From positions 5,454-69,453 of IMG/VR virus record IMGVR_UViG_3300020442_002247: a stretch of 64,000 bases of DNA; one strand, written 5' to 3'. Below, piece after piece: positions 58,827 through 64,000 of this stretch; the first letter of the stretch is position 1, and each line of letters opens with the position of its first letter. A model generated the notes under the pieces. The model did not search any database. It was not told where the DNA came from and saw nothing but the letters and a program-made list of their open reading frames with translations. The stretch comes from a virus. Position numbers and translations under genes: made by a program.

Positions 58827-59189
58827 ATGTCAGAATTACCAGTTAAAGAACAGAAATCAGAACAAAGAGTAGTAGAATTTTTTGACAACTACTATAACAA
58901 AACACTAGAATTTCCAAGTAATGAATTTGATGCTGTAATAGGATTTTTTACAAAACGAGGTTTTGACAAAACTTCTGCAATTAGTGTTGGACAAAGTTTG
59001 TTAAAACAAGCAAAATTAGATAATGTAAAAACATTTGAATTACTAGATACCTTAAAGGGTTTAGAGGAAGTACAATTGAGTAGAGTAGTTACAGAAGTTC
59101 TTAACTTCCAAAGACATAAAGGATCTACTTTAGGTTTTAAAGTTGATACCAACATAGAATATTTTGAAAAAAGAAATATTGTAGTATGA
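58827..59189 (+). CDS. Conserved hypothetical phage protein
   Basis: 120-aa ORF with SD AAGGA inside the late operon. Confidence 0.65.
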   Translation: MSELPVKEQKSEQRVVEFFDNYYNKTLEFPSNEFDAVIGFFTKRGFDKTSAISVGQSLLKQAKLDNVKTFELLDTLKGLEEVQLSRVVTEVLNFQRHKGSTLGFKVDTNIEYFEKRNIVV

Positions 59190-59190
59190 T

Positions 59191-59625
59191 ATGGCAAGAT
59201 TCGCACAGGGAAAATTTGTTTGTAAAAATCCTGGCAAATATGTAGGTACCAAAAAGCCTACTTATAGAAGCAGTTGGGAATTTGCTTTTATGCGTTTTTG
59301 CGATGAGCACCCGGGCGTAACACAGTGGGCTTCTGAAGCAATAAAAATTCCATATAGAAATCCATTAACAGGAAAAAACACAATTTATGTTCCTGATTTT
59401 TTTATTAATTATTCAGACAAAAACGGTTCTACTCATGCCGAATTAATAGAAGTAAAACCACAAAATCAATCATTAAGAGAGAAAGTTGGTAATAGTAGAC
59501 ATAATCAAGCCAGTTACATACTTAACAAAGCTAAATGGGGGGCCGCAAATCATTGGTGTAAACAACAAGGACTACGTTTTAGAGTAATAACCGAGAAAGA
59601 TATTTTCCACCAAGGCATGAGATAA
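59191..59625 (+). CDS. gp4: Head completion nuclease (T4 gp4-like, TnsA-type fold)
   Basis: G.F...NP.KY.G.....YRSSWE..FM..CD......WASE...IPY......Y.PDF......EVKP...N.AKW.AA...F..ITE. Confidence 0.9.
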   Translation: MARFAQGKFVCKNPGKYVGTKKPTYRSSWEFAFMRFCDEHPGVTQWASEAIKIPYRNPLTGKNTIYVPDFFINYSDKNGSTHAELIEVKPQNQSLREKVGNSRHNQASYILNKAKWGAANHWCKQQGLRFRVITEKDIFHQGMR

Positions 59626-59658
59626 AATAAATAATACTAGCATTTAAAGGTTATTACA

Positions 59659-60144
59659 ATGACTAAAAAATTAGAAGATTTACTAAACCTGCCAGATTCT
59701 AAACAAATAGTAGAAGAAAGCAGGAAAGAAAAAAAAGAAACTGCTATAGTTGAACAAGAAGATACTATGCGTAGTATCCAAGAACTTGATAAAATACAAG
59801 CCGCTTTACCTCAAGTCAAAGGGCTTGGTGACTTAGGTGATACAGAGCTAGATGAAGTAGCTACTAAAAGTATGGATGCTTATGAAGATTTAATGGACTT
59901 AGGCATGAATGTTGAATCTAGATATAGCGGAAGGATTTTTGAAGTTGCTGGACAAATGTTAAAAACAAATTTAGATGCTAAAAATGCAAAACTAGAAAAG
60001 AAACTTAAAATGGTTGAACTGCAATTAAAAAAAGAAAAACTAGATAAAGAAAGCGGGCCAGAAGGTGATATAGTGCAAGGCGAAGGATATGTAGTAACAG
60101 ACCGTAATAGTTTATTAGAAAAACTAAAGAAAATGGATAAATAG
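59659..60144 (+). CDS. Helical protein, possibly terminase small subunit (gp16-like)
   Basis: A..AYEDLMDLG...E.R......FEVA..ML....A....K...L and a C-terminal DRN.LL resemble small-terminase architecture. This is inference only. Confidence 0.5.
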   Translation: MTKKLEDLLNLPDSKQIVEESRKEKKETAIVEQEDTMRSIQELDKIQAALPQVKGLGDLGDTELDEVATKSMDAYEDLMDLGMNVESRYSGRIFEVAGQMLKTNLDAKNAKLEKKLKMVELQLKKEKLDKESGPEGDIVQGEGYVVTDRNSLLEKLKKMDK

Positions 60145-60163
60145 ATAATATAGGACTGATACA

Positions 60164-60730
60164 ATGAAAACTTTTACAGAATATTTAACAGAATCAAAAA
60201 AAACATACCATTTTAAAATTCGGATCGCTGGCGAATTACCAGAAGGTTGCGAAGATAAAATGGAAAACGCACTTAACAAATATGAAATTATCAAGTTTAA
60301 CAAAGTTAAAACAGGACCAATTTCAGAAAAACCAATGGACTTTCCGAAACTTCAAAACATGGAAGTTACACATTACGAAGCAGAATTGACATATCCAATT
60401 ACTGCACATATTTTAGAAAAATATTTAAGTGATAATATTCCTTGTAGTCATGAAAGATTAATTGTACGAGGTGAAGGTGATCCTGTAGAAGAATATCAGC
60501 CAGACGATCCTAAAGAAGAACCATACGAAGCAAAATTAAATACACCAGAAATGGAACAGGCAGATCCAGATTGTCAAGACAAAGTAGGACAAAACAGGAT
60601 TATGGATCTGCTTAAAGAATTAGAAACAGCTCGTAAAGATAGGGAAATAGATCCAATTGACGGAGTCAAAGCAGGTGAATCCAAAGATATTGGAAATGAA
60701 GAAAATGCAAAAAGTCCTATAGGGAGCTAA
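60164..60730 (+). CDS. Probable internal head protein with a capsid-targeting-like N-terminus
   Basis: MKTFTEYLTE resembles the T4 capsid-targeting sequence MKTYQEFIAE. Late promoter GATAAATA at 60136. Confidence 0.6.
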   Translation: MKTFTEYLTESKKTYHFKIRIAGELPEGCEDKMENALNKYEIIKFNKVKTGPISEKPMDFPKLQNMEVTHYEAELTYPITAHILEKYLSDNIPCSHERLIVRGEGDPVEEYQPDDPKEEPYEAKLNTPEMEQADPDCQDKVGQNRIMDLLKELETARKDREIDPIDGVKAGESKDIGNEENAKSPIGS

Positions 60731-60731
60731 C

Positions 60732-63700
60732 ATGCGTGAATTACTTGACATTGTATCAGAAACACAACTCAACGAAGCAACATACGACAGAGAACTAGAC
60801 AAAATTGTAGCAAAAGTTTTGCGAGGATCTGCAGGTTTTAGTAAAGGTAAAATGATTGACAGAGACCTTGTGCTAAACAAAGGCTTCAATATGGCTACAA
60901 AGTTAGACAACACTAGAGATAAAGATAAGTTATCTTTAGGTAATCTTCTTGGAAAAATTAAAGACTTTGTTGTTACTGATGATTTTTTAGAAAGGCAATA
61001 TTTTGGAAAAATAGCAAAACGTCTACGTCTTGACGGTATGTTTATGAACGATGGAAATTTTGTTACTACTGATGTTGACGAGTTTGATCGATACCAATCA
61101 GGTAGCGGAAGTCAAGAAGATGCAGAACGTCAAAACAACATGGGCATACTTCCAGGAAAAATTGCAAAAAAATTTAATATCAAATTAAAAATGAAAGGTG
61201 CGGCAGACGATGCAATGGATAAAGATTCTCCGCCAGCCAAAGAATACAGATTACAAAATAATGGAAGTCGTGTTAACTTTAACATAAAAAAAGATCAGCC
61301 ATATGTTGATGAGATTGAAGACGGCAAAAAAATTCGTACATACGGAACTGTAGAATTGCTCCAAGCACGTTTTGGTAAAGATGCAGATATACAAGGTGCA
61401 GGTATGGCGGCTAAGGCAGATGCTGGTAAAAAAGCAGATGCTCCTTCAAATATAAAATTAGATGATGCAAAGAAAAAATTAAAAAGATTTAAAGAACTTC
61501 TTGCAAAAGCTGAAGCAGACTTAAAACAAAAATCTGAAGCATGGAGACCAAAATCACTAGCAGATCAATTACTAGAACAATATTTTTTAGCTGAAGCACT
61601 TACAGATGACGAAGCAGATGAACTTGCACAGTTAGCAAAAGAATTAGGTAGTGTACCAGAGTTTGGTGATGATGTAGATGATGAAATTTCAGATGCACTT
61701 AACAAACATGGAATTTGGTTGCAAAACTATAAAAAATCATTTTCTATAAAAACCCCACCACAAGACCAACCAGGCGATAGTACAGCAGGAATAGACGGGC
61801 CAGCAGATACTATGCAAGGTGATCCAGCTTTATATGATCCTAACTATGCAGATGATGCACAAGCTACAGATAAAACAGCCAAAGACATTGATAAAGATGT
61901 TTATGGCGATCCAGCTTTATATGATCCTAACTATGCAGATGATGCACAAGCAACTGATCCTGCAAATAAAAAATTAGCTGACTTTGAAAAAGGCGAACTG
62001 TTAAAATTTTCTAAGAGTGGTAAAAAAGGTCTTGCTAATGACGCAGATGAAGTTGGTGCAATCAAAGAATTACAAAACAGACTAAAAGAAGTTGGTATTG
62101 ATATTACTGTATCAGGAAAATATGATCGTGCAACTGTTGATGCTGTAAAACAATTCCAAGAAATGCTAGGTACAAAGCAAGACGGTGATGCGGGTCCTAA
62201 CACGATTGGTGCAATTATGAAACTTGGTAATGCTCCAAAAGCATATACCTACTACTCACAACTTAAAAGAGTTGTCGAATTACAAAAGAAAGCCAAAGGT
62301 ACTACAGCAGGTGAAAGCATTAGATATTTTAGCAATGTAGTTCAAGGTGTGTTATTTGAAGCTCTAAGTGATGCTGAACAAAAAGAGTTAAATGATCTAC
62401 TTACAGGACTTAAAAGTGTTTTAGAAGATCCTGAATATCAAGCTAATCTTCCGAAGCCTATGACTGATTTAATAGGTCAAGTTGACATGTCACAAATGCC
62501 AAAAGGTGCAGAAACCGGAGCCGCACAAACTGCTGATGCAGGAGGCGCTGGCAAAGGTAGATTTATTCCTGTACCTGATGAACTTAAATCAGAATTAGGA
62601 TTAGACGAAAGACCATATTTTATAGATACAAAAACACAAGATGGTATGATTTTTATTCTTGCAGATCCAGTGGGCAAAATTAATCCTAGAGTTGATCCTA
62701 AAAAACTAGTGAGAAATATAAAACAATCATTTGGCGTATCAGATAGACAAGGAACATTAATAACGGACTATCTAAACAAAAACAACATTCCTTATAACGA
62801 TGATATACCTGGAACATTAAAAGATGGTCCAACAGCAATGGGTGCAAAATCTGACACAGCCAAATCTGCTGATGCGGGAGGAGACGATACAGAAGGGGGC
62901 GTCGGCGGCGAGGAAGGTGAAGTTTCAGATGTAACACCTGATGATGCAAAAGGTGAAGCAGTTTATAAAGTTGTTTCTGGATCAGGACAAGGTAGAAATT
63001 TTAAGAGCTTTGATGCAAATGGTAATGTAATTGATCAAGGTAGAGGTGGTGGGCCTAACTTACCAGATGAAGAAACGTATAAAAAATCAGTAGCCTCTAA
63101 TACAGACACAGCTCAGTCAACAGATGCATCGGGAGAAGTAGACGCTGAAACTGTTCCAAAAGCACTGGCTGGTGACCCAATAGAACAAGCAACTGCTTTA
63201 AATGTTGCAATGAAGGGCGAAGGACTACTTGGAAAATTTTCGAGAGCTGTAAGCACAGATGAAGATGCTATTTTTAAAGTATTTCAAAAAATAAATTCAC
63301 AAGCAGAATATGATGCTGTAGCAAGTGCATATAGGAAAAAATATGGTGCAGATTTATACTCAGCAATCAAAGGCGAACTATCACCTAAGGAAGAATATAA
63401 AGGACCAGATGGTCAAGTAATGGGTACTGCCCAAACACTTATATTTGATAAAATAGATAATAAATTTGCAGGTGCACCAAAAGATGCTAATGCTACAACT
63501 GCTAAAACAGAACCAGAGAAGAAAGCTGATGCAACTACAACAACACCTGTGTACACTGTAAAATCAGGTGATACTTTAGGAAAAATAGCACAAGCAAATA
63601 ATACCACTGTTGATGCAATAGTAAAAGCTAACCCAGAAATTACTAACGCAAATAAAATTAGTGTAAATCAAAAAATAAAAATTCCAGGAGTAACAAGCTC

Positions 63701-64000
63701 AGCACAGGCAAATCAAGCTAGTGCAGATACTGCTATGGGAGCAAATACTACCACAGCCCAAACAACAGATCAAAAATCAAATGTTGCATCTGTAGAACCT
63801 AGACCAGCTAACCAAAGTGGCAGAAACAGATTACAAGATAAATGGGATAAAAAATATGGACAGACTCATAATCCAGATGGGTCTCCAAAAACTGAAAGCA
63901 AGGAGTACGATATGACTAAAGTTAACGAAGCGGCTTCTATGAATATATCAATGAGCGGTGACAACGCAGGAGAAGTTTCCGAACTTGTTAGTATTCTTAG
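60732..64000 (+). CDS. Large multidomain protein (3'-truncated): PG-binding domain, annexin-like repeat, LysM
   Basis: ATG 60732 with SD GGGAG; the frame appears open to the window end. PG_binding_1 (IKELQ.RL...G.......G.YD..T..AV..FQ.......DG.AGPNT, ~62050-62220), annexin-like (~63190-63385) and LysM (YTVKSGDTL..IA......V..I..AN, ~63552-63686). Confidence 0.82.
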   Translation, partial: MRELLDIVSETQLNEATYDRELDKIVAKVLRGSAGFSKGKMIDRDLVLNKGFNMATKLDNTRDKDKLSLGNLLGKIKDFVVTDDFLERQYFGKIAKRLRLDGMFMNDGNFVTTDVDEFDRYQSGSGSQEDAERQNNMGILPGKIAKKFNIKLKMKGAADDAMDKDSPPAKEYRLQNNGSRVNFNIKKDQPYVDEIEDGKKIRTYGTVELLQARFGKDADIQGAGMAAKADAGKKADAPSNIKLDDAKKKLKRFKELLAKAEADLKQKSEAWRPKSLADQLLEQYFLAEALTDDEADELAQLAKELGSVPEFGDDVDDEISDALNKHGIWLQNYKKSFSIKTPPQDQPGDSTAGIDGPADTMQGDPALYDPNYADDAQATDKTAKDIDKDVYGDPALYDPNYADDAQATDPANKKLADFEKGELLKFSKSGKKGLANDADEVGAIKELQNRLKEVGIDITVSGKYDRATVDAVKQFQEMLGTKQDGDAGPNTIGAIMKLGNAPKAYTYYSQLKRVVELQKKAKGTTAGESIRYFSNVVQGVLFEALSDAEQKELNDLLTGLKSVLEDPEYQANLPKPMTDLIGQVDMSQMPKGAETGAAQTADAGGAGKGRFIPVPDELKSELGLDERPYFIDTKTQDGMIFILADPVGKINPRVDPKKLVRNIKQSFGVSDRQGTLITDYLNKNNIPYNDDIPGTLKDGPTAMGAKSDTAKSADAGGDDTEGGVGGEEGEVSDVTPDDAKGEAVYKVVSGSGQGRNFKSFDANGNVIDQGRGGGPNLPDEETYKKSVASNTDTAQSTDASGEVDAETVPKALAGDPIEQATALNVAMKGEGLLGKFSRAVSTDEDAIFKVFQKINSQAEYDAVASAYRKKYGADLYSAIKGELSPKEEYKGPDGQVMGTAQTLIFDKIDNKFAGAPKDANATTAKTEPEKKADATTTTPVYTVKSGDTLGKIAQANNTTVDAIVKANPEITNANKISVNQKIKIPGVTSSAQANQASADTAMGANTTTAQTTDQKSNVASVEPRPANQSGRNRLQDKWDKKYGQTHNPDGSPKTESKEYDMTKVNEAASMNISMSGDNAGEVSELVSIL
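61821..61951 (+). repeat. Perfect 44-bp direct repeat (61821-61864 and 61908-61951)
   Basis: GATCCAGCTTTATATGATCCTAACTATGCAGATGATGCACAAGC occurs twice, 87 bp apart and in frame (DPALYDPNYADDAQA). Confidence 0.9.

Noticed and set aside
59191-59625. Tn7 TnsA transposase / mobile element
   Set aside because: Motifs and context fit the T4 gp4 head-completion protein; no tnsB/tnsC or terminal repeats.
483-63607. Numerous 60-240-aa minus-strand and alternate-frame ORFs inside long genes (e.g. 6370-7065, 10069-10803, 26331-26885)
   Set aside because: Antisense shadows produced by the codon bias of Thr/Gly/Ser/Asn-rich genes; no RBS or recognisable motifs.
1-64000. CRISPR array or stop-codon reassignment
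   Set aside because: No regularly spaced repeats were seen, and TAA, TAG and TGA all terminate full-length conserved genes under the standard code.

Overview
This window is a structural-gene region of a large, AT-rich (roughly one-third GC by eye), T4-like myovirus, probably aquatic and uncultured. It opens with the 3' end of the major capsid gene. Next come a glutamine (glnA-type) riboswitch candidate ahead of a 37-codon ORF and iscU, and a stand-alone ~220-nt structured ncRNA with its own sigma70 promoter and terminator. About 33 kb of modular virion fibre/appendage genes follow, including two pairs of giant paralogues of 1.1-3.0 kaa. A separately promoted tailoring-enzyme island comes next: a U32-like Fe-S protein fused to a methyltransferase, three 2OG-Fe(II) oxygenases, a flavin halogenase and a J-domain protein. 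After more fibres and a subtilisin, a minus-strand block carries a cupin, a second halogenase, a NUDIX hydrolase, gp15 and gp14. The window ends with gp13, dNMP kinase, tail sheath, tail tube, gp4 and probable internal head proteins. Late genes share a (G/A/C)NTAAATA promoter motif. The most notable unexplained signals are the structured RNAs, six phycobiliprotein-like C-x-R-D repeats in a 2994-aa virion protein, cupredoxin-type Cu sites in three fibre proteins, the halogenase/oxygenase island beside Trp-rich receptor-binding proteins, and strong avoidance of GCWGC. All family assignments come from motifs recognised by eye; no database search was run.
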